Virus record (IMG/VR): IMGVR_UViG_3300045285_000066
Span: 1-41,683 of that record
Reading direction: 5' to 3' (one strand)
DNA length: 41,683 nucleotides
From: a virus
Taxonomy: Duplodnaviria > Caudoviricetes
Position 1 is the stretch's first letter; each line of letters begins with the position of its first letter. A program made the translations under genes and the position numbers. Positions 25,869 to 34,856 of this stretch are shown in pieces. A model generated the notes under the pieces. That model had not been told where the DNA came from, did no database searches, and was given only the letters and a program-made list of their open reading frames with translations.

Positions 25869-26504
25869 GTGCCCTCGGAGTGCGTCAACGTGCTCTGTGA
25901 GGGTCCGTCCATCCGCGACCTGAAGCCCGAGCACCTCCTGCCAGGCCCGGTTGTCGCCGTCAACCACGCCCTCTCGCTCTCCGGCCTCGTGCCGGTGAAC
26001 GTCTGGGCGACGATCGACGACCCCAAGCTCCTCTGGGCCTGGGCGCAGCCCCACCTCCACGGCAAGGCCAAGATCTTCTCGACCGAGAACAACATCAAGT
26101 TCTGGTACGACCTCCTGGGCGAGGATGGCTTCAACGAGCGCCTATACTGCTGGGTTCCGACCTACATGGAGCACCTGGCCACGCCCGAGATCAAGGCGCC
26201 GGTGATCCCGACCGTCACCACGACGCTCGCATGGATCGGGAACATGCCGGCCGTCAAGCGCGTGCGACTCTTCGGCTGCGACATGGTTGGATCGAACAGC
26301 CCACTTTCGGAAGAAGCCTTCTCTGAAGAGGAGGACATCGGGTGGGAGTTTCGCTGGGATACCGAGCGCACGCTTTTGGCGCTCATGACCAAGAAGTACC
26401 GCGAGCGCGGGAAAAGGATAGAAAGATGGGTGAAGGCCCCTCACGTCTCAAGGAATTTGTTGTCCTCGTGGTCAAAGACGAAGCAACTGGAAAGGTCGTG
26501 CTGA
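25869..26504 (+). CDS. Putative glycosyltransferase-like protein; paralog of 503..1306 (start uncertain: 25749, 25782 or 25869)
   Basis: VLCEGPSIRDLKPEHLLPGPVVAVNHAL and KRVRLFGCDMVG align with the 503 protein. Confidence 0.55.
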   Translation: MPSECVNVLCEGPSIRDLKPEHLLPGPVVAVNHALSLSGLVPVNVWATIDDPKLLWAWAQPHLHGKAKIFSTENNIKFWYDLLGEDGFNERLYCWVPTYMEHLATPEIKAPVIPTVTTTLAWIGNMPAVKRVRLFGCDMVGSNSPLSEEAFSEEEDIGWEFRWDTERTLLALMTKKYRERGKRIERWVKAPHVSRNLLSSWSKTKQLERSC

Positions 26505-27004
26505 GACGGGAGATCGGCCCGAACATTGTCACGACCTTCGGCGACAAGTACTACGCGCAGTCTGCTGCGCGCAACTCCAGCAACGCCTTTGTTGCCACTC
26601 CGTCGATCACGTTCCACCGTGGGATGTTGGTCGTCGCCAAGAGCTACGGCAACGGCAGTGGTGCGCCAGGAAAGCTCAGCACGTTCCGGGGGTTCACAGG
26701 CATCGCTACGTCGCTCTCTGGCCGCCAGAGCTTTGATGCCGGTTACCCGAAGACGGGCGACACCGACACGGACAACACTGGCCGCACGGCTGATGCCCTG
26801 ACGTACAAACGCACCTATGCGACGAACCAGGCGAACTACACGATCAAGGCTCTTGGCATCTGCCAGTACCTGGCGTCGTCTGGCAGTGCCGCTGGCATTC
26901 GCCAGCTGCTATCCGCGAAGGCGCTTACTGCGGCGCAGCAGGTCACAAAAACGAGCTCACAGACGCTCGTTGTGTATGTGAATCATACCTTCCAGGGCGT
27001 GTAG
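26426..27004 (+). CDS. Tail/appendage structural protein
   Basis: NIVTTFGDKYYAQ N-terminus and VTKTSSQTLVVY C-terminus, as in tail collar/fiber attachment proteins. Confidence 0.55.
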   Translation: MGEGPSRLKEFVVLVVKDEATGKVVLRREIGPNIVTTFGDKYYAQSAARNSSNAFVATPSITFHRGMLVVAKSYGNGSGAPGKLSTFRGFTGIATSLSGRQSFDAGYPKTGDTDTDNTGRTADALTYKRTYATNQANYTIKALGICQYLASSGSAAGIRQLLSAKALTAAQQVTKTSSQTLVVYVNHTFQGV

Positions 27005-27007
27005 GCC

Positions 27008-28195
27008 ATGACTCAGCCTGATATCCTCTTCGTCATTTTCGACGATTTGTGGATAGGTGATGTCACGCCTACCCTGATGCCGAACGCTACAGCCTTCGCG
27101 GCAACGGGCGGCGCGCGCACCTTCACCCACTGCTACTCGATGCCGGTCTGCTCGCAGTCGAGAGCTTGCATGCTGTACGGCAAGTACGGGCGCAACCTCA
27201 GCCCGCCCATCATCGGCGGCATGGACTCCAGCGCCGGCCCGGAGCCCGACAGCGACATGGAGACGGTCGCCACGCTGCTCCAGGACAACGGCTACCAGAC
27301 GTGCCTGGTCGGCAAGTGGCATGGCGGCCGGAACCCGTTCAACGCGAGCAGCCTGTACGTGGGCGCCCCGCAAGCGCGCGGCTTCCAGTCGTGGGTGGCC
27401 GGTACCCCAGACAACATCGACGACTTCTACTCCTGGCCACGAGTAGACGACGAGGGCGCTGGCGTGGCCCTGACCACCGAGACCCAGTACGCGACAGCCG
27501 CGCAGCTCGCCGCGGCGCAGGGCTGGTGGGAGACGGCCGACAGCTCGCCGCGCTTCATGCAGGTCAGCTTCAGCGCGCCGCATGGACCCTACAACTTCCC
27601 GCCCACCAATGAGCTCAACGGCTTCGTGAGCACAGCTCACGCGCTCAACCGCCAGAAGTACGAGAGCGAGATCCGCTCGGTGGACTGGGCCTTCGGCGAG
27701 CTCCTGGCGACCGTAGGCTCGGATGCGGTCGTGGTGTGCGTGGGCGACAACGGAACCCCGAACAACGCCCGCGCTCCAGGCCAGCAGGCGAACAAGGTCA
27801 AGGCTACCTGCTACGAGGGCGGCATCCGCGTGCCTCTCGCTGTACGCTCGCCCAAGTACCCGTCTGGCACGAGCGACCGGCTGTGTCACATCGTGGACAT
27901 CCCTGCGACGCTCCTGGTGGCCGCAGGGATCACCGTACCGAGCGGATGGGACGGAAGGTCTCTCACCCTCTCGGCCCGCACCACGGCGCTCTCAGAGGCC
28001 CAGGACGGGGCGAGCGGCGGCGGGCATCTGGTGCGCGCTGCCATGACCAGCCAGTACAAGCTACTGCGCACGGACAGCGACCCGGAAGAGCTCTACAACC
28101 TTCTGACCGACCCGACCGAAGTCGCGCCCCTCAGCCTCACGGCCCCTGCCAACGCCTCCATCCTGGCAACGCTCCGCGAGGTTCTTGACGGCTAA
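27008..28195 (+). CDS. Sulfatase (formylglycine-dependent arylsulfatase family)
   Basis: PDILFVIFDDL, CSQSRACMLYG, VGKWH, APHGP, GDNG, YEGGIRVPL, HIVDIPATL and ELYNLLTDPTE motifs. Confidence 0.92.
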   Translation: MTQPDILFVIFDDLWIGDVTPTLMPNATAFAATGGARTFTHCYSMPVCSQSRACMLYGKYGRNLSPPIIGGMDSSAGPEPDSDMETVATLLQDNGYQTCLVGKWHGGRNPFNASSLYVGAPQARGFQSWVAGTPDNIDDFYSWPRVDDEGAGVALTTETQYATAAQLAAAQGWWETADSSPRFMQVSFSAPHGPYNFPPTNELNGFVSTAHALNRQKYESEIRSVDWAFGELLATVGSDAVVVCVGDNGTPNNARAPGQQANKVKATCYEGGIRVPLAVRSPKYPSGTSDRLCHIVDIPATLLVAAGITVPSGWDGRSLTLSARTTALSEAQDGASGGGHLVRAAMTSQYKLLRTDSDPEELYNLLTDPTEVAPLSLTAPANASILATLREVLDG

Positions 28196-30145
28196 GTGCC
28201 CAAGGCACAGAGGGCTCCAGGCTTCTCAATGGGCAGCGCAGCCGTAGATGTCGTGACTGTAGCTGCCATCACTGGCGGCGGACCGACACAGACGATCACA
28301 GGGAACCTCGGCGGACAGACGCCGAAGGCGGTCATCATCTACGCCACGCGCTGCGTGACGGTCGGCACGATCATCGACGGAGGGATGCTCTCGGTCGGGA
28401 TGACGGACGGCACCAACCAGTTCGTCAACTCCTGGGTGGCTGAGGATGGCGTCGCCAACAACGCGAACTACCACACCAACAGACGCTTCGACAGCGCGAA
28501 GCTGGTGCAGATCTGCGACACCGCAGGCGCTGGCGTCCTGGACGGCGAAGCGTCGTTCAGCAGCTTCGGAGCGAACACCGTCACGATCAGCTGGAACGAC
28601 CTCCCGAGCACTGCGGTCCAGCTTGTGGTGGTCTTCTTCTATGGCAGCGCTCTGAGCGCTGCGGTCGGACAGATCACGGCATCGAGCACGCAAGATCTGA
28701 GCGCGACTGTCTCCGGATTGGCCTTCGCCCCCAACGCGCTGCTGTTCGCCACGGCTTTGAATGCCTATGCGGCCGGTGGAACGACAGCCACGGACAGCGC
28801 TTCGATTGGCGTCGCCGTCACGCAAGGCGGCACGATCACTCAATCCGGGCTCGGATGGGTGAACCGAGACGGAGGCGGCACGACGGCGACCGTCGGCAGC
28901 ACGATGCTGCGCAACGACGCCTGCATGGCACGCCTCAGCGTAACAGCGGGCGGCACCGGCTCGCTGGTGGCATCCTACGATGTGACGAGCTTCACCAACG
29001 ACGGCTTCGTTATGTTCACGCGCGTCGGCTCGTCTCCGGTCGTTGCGATGTACCTGGCGCTGAACACGGATGGTCAGCGAGTGTGGGTGGGCAATCCTTC
29101 GCTCACCACAAGCTCAACTGGCGACAAGGCGATCACGTCGCCGGGATGGAAGCCGACCGCGCTCTTTATGTGCGGCACGGCGATCAACACCATCAACACC
29201 CAGGCGGATGACACGCAGGCGACGCACGTCTCGATCGGCGTGGCCACGGCGTCCAGCCAGGCATCAGCCTCCTACGAGGTGAAGGATGCCGTGGCTAACT
29301 CGGACACCCGCTGCCTGGTGCAGTCCAAGATCGTCGCCGTGCCAGACGACGTAGGCACGATCGACTGGAGCGGCAGCATCACGACCTTCGATGCGACCGG
29401 CTTCACGCTCAACGTCGATGACGCCTCGGCAGCCGACAGGTTGGTGTGGGCCTTCGCCATCGAGCAGCCCTTCTTGGCGATCGGCGATACCGAGCAGATC
29501 TCGGACTCGCCCGTCCTCAAGATCACCATTCAGCGCCGGGTGTCGAACGACACCGAGAACATCTCGGACACGCCGCGCCTCTTGGTGACGATCGACCGCA
29601 GGGTCTCGAACGACACCGAACAGATCTCAGACAACGCGATCCTGGCGGTGACGATCAACCGCCGAGTGGTCGCCGAGGTGGAGCAGATCTCCGACTCAGC
29701 CATCTTCGCCACCACAGACCGCAAGGTCTTCGGAGACACGGAGCAGATCAGCGACGCAGCCATCTTCCGGGTCACGTCGGACAGGACGACGTTCAACGAC
29801 ACCGAGCAGATCAGCGAGGCCGCGATCCTGGTGCGCGGCAACATCGCCTCGTTCTCCGAGACCGAGCAGGTGATCGACTCCATCGTCACCCTGCTTCAGG
29901 CGTCGATGGGCGCGACGGTCTTCGGTGACGTGGAGGACATCAGCGATGCCGCAGTCCTGGCGCTGCGCACGGCCTTCATGGGCTTCAGCGAGACCGAGCA
30001 GATCAGCGATGCGGCGGTGCTGCGCCTTGGCCGGGTGCTGGTGGTGAACGAGATCGTGGACATCCTGGACGGCTTCGTGGGTGGCGGCTCTGGTGGCCTG
30101 CACGCCATCAAGCTCAAGCGGGCTGGGAGGGTCTTCCAGTGGTAG
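28196..30145 (+). CDS. Tail fiber/appendage protein with C-terminal DTEQISD repeats (start may be 28229)
   Basis: T/G/A/S-rich beta protein with about 10 C-terminal repeats of 20-23 aa. Confidence 0.65.
   Translation: MPKAQRAPGFSMGSAAVDVVTVAAITGGGPTQTITGNLGGQTPKAVIIYATRCVTVGTIIDGGMLSVGMTDGTNQFVNSWVAEDGVANNANYHTNRRFDSAKLVQICDTAGAGVLDGEASFSSFGANTVTISWNDLPSTAVQLVVVFFYGSALSAAVGQITASSTQDLSATVSGLAFAPNALLFATALNAYAAGGTTATDSASIGVAVTQGGTITQSGLGWVNRDGGGTTATVGSTMLRNDACMARLSVTAGGTGSLVASYDVTSFTNDGFVMFTRVGSSPVVAMYLALNTDGQRVWVGNPSLTTSSTGDKAITSPGWKPTALFMCGTAINTINTQADDTQATHVSIGVATASSQASASYEVKDAVANSDTRCLVQSKIVAVPDDVGTIDWSGSITTFDATGFTLNVDDASAADRLVWAFAIEQPFLAIGDTEQISDSPVLKITIQRRVSNDTENISDTPRLLVTIDRRVSNDTEQISDNAILAVTINRRVVAEVEQISDSAIFATTDRKVFGDTEQISDAAIFRVTSDRTTFNDTEQISEAAILVRGNIASFSETEQVIDSIVTLLQASMGATVFGDVEDISDAAVLALRTAFMGFSETEQISDAAVLRLGRVLVVNEIVDILDGFVGGGSGGLHAIKLKRAGRVFQW
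29483..30070 (+). repeat. Coding tandem repeat, ~60-69 bp units encoding (G/N/S)(D/E)TEQISD...
   Basis: Recurrent gacaccgagcagatc-like units; three further copies at about 31365..31510. Confidence 0.8.
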
Positions 30146-31635
30146 ACCTGAAGACCGCGATCATCGAGGCTACCGTTCCGAACAGCACTGGCACCGTTGA
30201 CTACACGTCCAGCAGCATCACCAACTGGAGCGGCGGCGGTCTGGCCTTGATATTCGTGTCTGGCGACACTGCCGCCCCTACATTTGGAGGTCTGCTTTCT
30301 ATTGCATTGGTTGCTTCAGGCGGAGGCCAGCAGGCGCAAGCCTGGAGCGCAACAACAGGATCAACGACTATACCGGAAGACCACGAGGCGTCCGTCAACG
30401 ACCATGCAGTAATCATTCTCGATGTGTTCACCGGGACAACATTCGCATCTATTGCGCGAGCTCAATTCTCTTCCGCGCTATCCAATGGCGTGCGATTGAA
30501 CTGGACTAGCGTATCGGGAGTTGGATCTCGAACGTTCAAGATTGTCGTCGTGCTCATCGAGGGATTTACGAATGTAGCCACAGGCAACGCAGGATCTTTC
30601 TCGTACGGCTTCCAAGCGGATGCACTGATCCATATTCCGAACGGAAACTCCGGCGACGAAGCTTGGGCGCCAGCGAATCGCAACGCCCACGAAAATAGCC
30701 CAGGACTCGGGGGAGTGTTGCGAAATGGAGGCTTGACTCAGAAGTCAGCGTATGTTGTATCCGACAGAAACCAAGACCCGCTGGTGTCACGCGGCGGTCG
30801 GCGCACAACGGCATGGTGCGCAAGCGCGGATGGCATCACTGAGCGAGTTGGAACCGTAACCGCGATAGGCCCCTCAGGGCTAACGCTAAGCGGCACTAGT
30901 CGCGGGATGTATGCCGCGTTCAAGTCTAACGGCGTAGGCGACTATGCCCTAGCGCTTGAGACGCTGGACGGCGGCACGGGGACAAAGAGCTTCACCGGCC
31001 TCGGCACTAAATGCGCTCTTATTGTTGGCTTCGTGTGTGGAGTAACTAGCGACGACACCTTCGAGACAGATTCATCTGCTCTCGCACCATTCGCGTACTT
31101 CGTAACTGATGGCACTACCACCATATCGCTCGGCTTCTCCCAGAAGCACAACGGAGTTGCCATCGCGGCTGGAAACCCGACCTCTACATACTCTAGCTAT
31201 GCCAACGGGTCGATCTTGATGCTCGACCACCTCAACGCGACGGAGTTCGCGGCGACGGTCTCCAGCATCGACGCGACGGGCCTGACGCTCTCGGTGACGA
31301 ACGGACTTTCGGGTACGATGATGCTCTTCGGCTTCAAGCAGGGCACCGCCCTGGTCGTCTCCAGCGACACCGAGCGCATCTCCGACACGCCGGCCTTCAA
31401 CCTCATCAGCCGCCGGCCACTGACCGACACGGAGAGGATCTCGGAAGCCTCGGTCTTCCATGTGACGGAGCACAAGGCGTTCCCTGAGGTGGAGCAGATC
31501 TCCGACAGCGTCGGCGGCCTGGTACTCGTGGATGCCCGTCCAGGCATCGGCCCCATCGGGGCCGTCTTCCAGGGTGGTGCCGTCGCCGGCAGGGTCATGC
31601 AGGGCGGCGTTGAGGCGGCCGAGGTGGAAGGCTAG
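30139..31635 (+). CDS. Second tail fiber/appendage protein, distant paralog of 28196..30145
   Basis: Shares TG.K..T..G.K, IDATG.TL.V and DTE.ISD repeats. The central part has AT-richer codon usage. Confidence 0.65.
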   Translation: MVDLKTAIIEATVPNSTGTVDYTSSSITNWSGGGLALIFVSGDTAAPTFGGLLSIALVASGGGQQAQAWSATTGSTTIPEDHEASVNDHAVIILDVFTGTTFASIARAQFSSALSNGVRLNWTSVSGVGSRTFKIVVVLIEGFTNVATGNAGSFSYGFQADALIHIPNGNSGDEAWAPANRNAHENSPGLGGVLRNGGLTQKSAYVVSDRNQDPLVSRGGRRTTAWCASADGITERVGTVTAIGPSGLTLSGTSRGMYAAFKSNGVGDYALALETLDGGTGTKSFTGLGTKCALIVGFVCGVTSDDTFETDSSALAPFAYFVTDGTTTISLGFSQKHNGVAIAAGNPTSTYSSYANGSILMLDHLNATEFAATVSSIDATGLTLSVTNGLSGTMMLFGFKQGTALVVSSDTERISDTPAFNLISRRPLTDTERISEASVFHVTEHKAFPEVEQISDSVGGLVLVDARPGIGPIGAVFQGGAVAGRVMQGGVEAAEVEG

Positions 31636-31644
31636 AGTGCCGGC

Positions 31645-32175
31645 ATGAGCTCGGAGCCGAGAGTCTACAAATCGTGCCAGAACTACCGAGGGCAGTACCC
31701 TGTCCCGCCGGAGCTCATGCGGCGCTTCTGGGCTGGCGTCGGCAAGCGTTCCTTTGATGTCTGCTGGCCGTTCCGCAACGGAAAGTGGTACGGGCAGATC
31801 CAGCACGAAGGAGAACTCGTGCGCACACACCGCCTGAGCTGGATCATCCACAACGGCGAGATTCCTCCGCGCGGTTGCATCTGCCACAAGTGCGACAACC
31901 CGCCGTGCAGCAACCCGACGCACCTGTTCCTGGGCAGCTACCGCGACAACATCATGGATGCCCGCGCCAAGGGGCGCATGGTGACAACAGAAGCGTGCAT
32001 ACGGCGCGGAGAGGCAAACAACAAAGCCAAACTCACGGCGGCGAAGGTCACGGAAATCAGGGCGCTATACGCAACCGCCACGCGCAATCAGGTCCAGCTG
32101 GCCTCCGACTACAGCGTAACGCAAGCAGCAATCTGGGCTGTCCTCAACAGGAAGACGTGGAAGCATGTCCAGTGA
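31645..32175 (+). CDS. HNH homing endonuclease with C-terminal HTH
   Basis: CWPF...YG...THRLSW...ICHKCDNPPCSNPTHLFLG...DN..D and AKLT...V.EIR motifs. Confidence 0.92.
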   Translation: MSSEPRVYKSCQNYRGQYPVPPELMRRFWAGVGKRSFDVCWPFRNGKWYGQIQHEGELVRTHRLSWIIHNGEIPPRGCICHKCDNPPCSNPTHLFLGSYRDNIMDARAKGRMVTTEACIRRGEANNKAKLTAAKVTEIRALYATATRNQVQLASDYSVTQAAIWAVLNRKTWKHVQ

Positions 32176-32554
32176 GCCTAGAGTCTGGAAAAGTTGTGTT
32201 TGGGAACTGGGCACCATCAAGCCCAGAGCCCGGATGACGAACGAGGACGATGACGTGCTCGTGCAGGCCGACTTCACGGGCACGGTGACGCTCAACGTAT
32301 TCGACCTCTCCAGCTCAACTCCTACCACGGCAGCCTTCACGGCTACCCGCACTCTGGCGAACGTGGTCTTCAACTCCCTGCAACCCTGGACGCTGGACCC
32401 TGATGGGTACAACCTTGGGGACACGATCACGACTAACGAGCTCGCCCGAGAGGGCGGCCACCAGTACCGGATCGAGTACCTACTACACCACGTCACCGAT
32501 GGGCTTTACGCCGTAGCCTTCGAGGTGCGGGCAGAGCCTCTACTGAGCTCCTAG
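32165..32554 (+). CDS. Small beta-rich virion-associated protein (putative)
   Basis: End of the tail block; its N-terminus duplicates that of the upstream HNH gene. Confidence 0.6.
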   Translation: MSSEPRVWKSCVWELGTIKPRARMTNEDDDVLVQADFTGTVTLNVFDLSSSTPTTAAFTATRTLANVVFNSLQPWTLDPDGYNLGDTITTNELAREGGHQYRIEYLLHHVTDGLYAVAFEVRAEPLLSS

Positions 32555-32556
32555 CC

Positions 32557-32703
32557 ATGCCCAGCAAATCAGCCAAGCAAGCCCGCCTGATGGCAGCCGC
32601 ATGCCACGGCAAGACCCGCAACAAGATCAGCAAGAAAGTAGCTTGTGAATTCAACCGCAGCGATCGAGGAACAGGCATCCTCCGCGGCAAGCGCCGTAAG
32701 TAA
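32557..32703 (+). CDS. 48-aa basic phage protein (below the ORF-track cut-off)
   Basis: MPSKSAKQARLMAAACHGKTRNKISKKVACEFNRSD... matches the recurrent small phage family MPSKS.KQAR.MAA..H...VAKEF. Confidence 0.7.
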   Translation: MPSKSAKQARLMAAACHGKTRNKISKKVACEFNRSDRGTGILRGKRRK

Positions 32704-33739
32704 GCGCTGCACGCGCTGCAAGTTAGAGAAGCACACCTCGGCCTTCCTATGGAAGCGCCCTAGACCTAACCGGGCTGGAGAATGGGCCTCGCGGTGCCGA
32801 GACTGCACCAGCTTCCGCCTTCGCGAAATGCGCGCTGAGAGCAAGCGTGTGGCCGCAAGCCTCCCTGAGTCGTTCCCTGAGAGCAAGGTGTGCAGCAACT
32901 GCAAGGTCGAGAAGCCGCGCGCTGAGTTCCACAAGCGCCGCAGCTACACCAAGTGGATCCTGAAGAGCGAGTGCAAAGCATGCACCCGCATCCTGACACG
33001 CGCCTGGTGCCACAAGAACCCAGAGCGCACCAAGGACCGTGCACGTGAGTACCACCGCAGAATGGCTTCCAACGCCAAGCTGGCAGCCAAGCTGACGCCC
33101 GAGCAGCTGGACGTAGCGCGTCGGATGCTGATCGACCACCCGCAAGACCTAGCCAACGAGGAAGAACGAGCGGCCTACGCTCGCGGCTTCATGGCTGGCG
33201 CCAAGCGCACGCACGAAGAAGGTGAGCACTTCGAGCGCCTGAAAGACCTCTGCCACCGCGTAGCCTCAGAGGGCAAGGTCTGGGGGCACGCATACGAGGA
33301 TCGTCTTTCGGCGGCCTACGAGGGCCTGCTAGCATTCATCCGTGGCAGCCACCGGCGCGACTTCAACGACGTAGAGCATGAGCGCAAGGTCGCAGCCAAG
33401 GCGATCCGCTACAGCCTGATGGATCATGCACGAGCGAATGGCCCGCGCACGCGCGGGGGGGCGCAGCGCTATCAGCCTGCCGTTGGCCACGCCGATGAAG
33501 AATTCTGTCCGCTTGAGGCATCAGCGGTTGCGCCGCAGTCCGCGTTGCCATCCGAGGCCCTAGACCTCATCGACATCGAGCCTCGCTCCAGGGCGATACT
33601 GGAGGGCATCCTGGATGGCAGGACGTACAAGGAGATGGGTGAAAAGTTCGGCATCACCGAAAGCCGCGCATGCAAGCTGGCCAAGGAGGTAGGCCAAGAC
33701 CACCCAGAGCTAGAGAGCATGCTTCTTGCGGCTCTCTAG
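32645..33739 (+). CDS. Tandem zinc-ribbon domains fused to a sigma70-family (FliA-like) region 2 plus region 4
   Basis: CTRC/CRDC and CSNC/CKAC pairs. DRLSAAYEGLL...AKAIRYSLMDHAR fits region 2; GRTYKEMGEKFGITESRACKL fits the region 4 HTH. Confidence 0.7.
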   Translation: MNSTAAIEEQASSAASAVSKRCTRCKLEKHTSAFLWKRPRPNRAGEWASRCRDCTSFRLREMRAESKRVAASLPESFPESKVCSNCKVEKPRAEFHKRRSYTKWILKSECKACTRILTRAWCHKNPERTKDRAREYHRRMASNAKLAAKLTPEQLDVARRMLIDHPQDLANEEERAAYARGFMAGAKRTHEEGEHFERLKDLCHRVASEGKVWGHAYEDRLSAAYEGLLAFIRGSHRRDFNDVEHERKVAAKAIRYSLMDHARANGPRTRGGAQRYQPAVGHADEEFCPLEASAVAPQSALPSEALDLIDIEPRSRAILEGILDGRTYKEMGEKFGITESRACKLAKEVGQDHPELESMLLAAL

Positions 33740-33895
33740 GAACCTGCTGCGCTCGGTGTAGATCCGGCGCTTGTTCTTCTCCAGGCTGCACGCCTTGCAG
33801 ATCTTAGGGCAGCTCTGACGGTCAGGAGGGCAGTTGGTGGTGCGCTTGGCGCCACACTCAACGCAGACGATTTCGTACTTCTTCTTCTCGATCAC
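33710..33895 (-). CDS. Small zinc-finger protein
   Basis: CVECG...CKAC. Confidence 0.55.
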   Translation of the reverse strand: MIEKKKYEIVCVECGAKRTTNCPPDRQSCPKICKACSLEKNKRRIYTERSRFLESRKKHAL

Positions 33896-33899
33896 GCTC

Positions 33900-34409
33900 T
33901 CATTGTCCTTTCCTCAGCCCTTCGAGAGCGGCGCGGCAATTCTCGGAGAGCTCGTGCGCCCTCTCGCGTCTGCCGTCGTTCATGTCGTACGCGAGCTGCA
34001 ATCGCGACCACTCCACCGCTGACTCGGCCAGCGCCTCCGTCGCCCTCTCGATCTCCTCACGTCCAGTGGCAGACCCTGGACGGGCTGTGCTGGCGGTCTT
34101 CGCCAGCTCAGCGGCAGACGGCACGCGCGGGCCGCTCCTGATCGCGATGGCGCAGTCGAGGAGGGAGAGCAGTTCGGCCTTGAGCGCCGGAAAGCGCGCG
34201 TCGAGGTAGACGAATCCGGTGCGCTTGATGGTCTCGCGCAGCTCGCGCAGCCGGTCGATCGAGGGCAGCTCGCTCACGTCTGCTTCTCCCTCTCTGCGGC
34301 AAGAGCGGCGCCGCGTTGCATCTCCCAGTCCAGCGCGACCTGTGGCGGCCTTCGCGAGCCTGTCGAGCTCGGCCAGCTCGGCAGCGGTCAAGGGGCGGTC
34401 ACCAGCCAT
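33900..34409 (-). CDS. Hypothetical protein (alternative start 34277); N-terminal Ead/Ea22-like fragment
   Basis: LAELDRLAKAAT N-terminus; SD plus GTG at 34277. Confidence 0.45.
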   Translation of the reverse strand: MAGDRPLTAAELAELDRLAKAATGRAGLGDATRRRSCRREGEADVSELPSIDRLRELRETIKRTGFVYLDARFPALKAELLSLLDCAIAIRSGPRVPSAAELAKTASTARPGSATGREEIERATEALAESAVEWSRLQLAYDMNDGRRERAHELSENCRAALEGLRKGQ

Positions 34410-34587
34410 AGCCGTGCTCCTCTTGAATGCGTCGCGTCGCGTCCTCGATCTCGCGCTCCATTGCGCCGCGCTCTTCGGCCTGGATCTCGCGTTGGCATTC
34501 GGACGGATTCTCGCAGCCGTAGTCCTCGGCACCACACCACGGGCAGAACTCGCGGCGCTTCGGCTTGCTCACGGGGATTTCGCTCAC
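34399..34587 (-). CDS. Small Cys-containing hypothetical protein
   Basis: FCPWCG...C...C; GTGA coupling. Confidence 0.55.
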   Translation of the reverse strand: MSEIPVSKPKRREFCPWCGAEDYGCENPSECQREIQAEERGAMEREIEDATRRIQEEHGYGW

Positions 34588-34856
34588 TTGCCTTCCTCCT
34601 TCTGCGCGGCCTCGTCGTTCGCAGGAAGACCCTGCGAACGGTCTGTTGCGACGACGTTCGGCGGGCAGCCGAACGGACTGTCCTCGCTCCGCGAGGTCAG
34701 GGTCTTCGTCGCAACATCGCGGCGGGCGGATTCAACCTCGTTGTCGTGGCGCACTCTCAGGTAGTAGAGGACGCGGTCGCGCTCCTCGGCGGACATCCGC
34801 CACAGCAAGCGCACGCATTCTCTGAGCGTGTCGAGCTCTGCGTCCTTGTAGCTCAC
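34584..34856 (-). CDS. Hypothetical protein
   Basis: GTG start overlaps the upstream stop. Confidence 0.5.
   Translation of the reverse strand: MSYKDAELDTLRECVRLLWRMSAEERDRVLYYLRVRHDNEVESARRDVATKTLTSRSEDSPFGCPPNVVATDRSQGLPANDEAAQKEEGK

Noticed and set aside
28196-31635. Diversity-generating retroelement or invertible tail-fiber switch
   Set aside because: No reverse transcriptase, no template/variable repeat pair differing at adenines, and no invertase seen.
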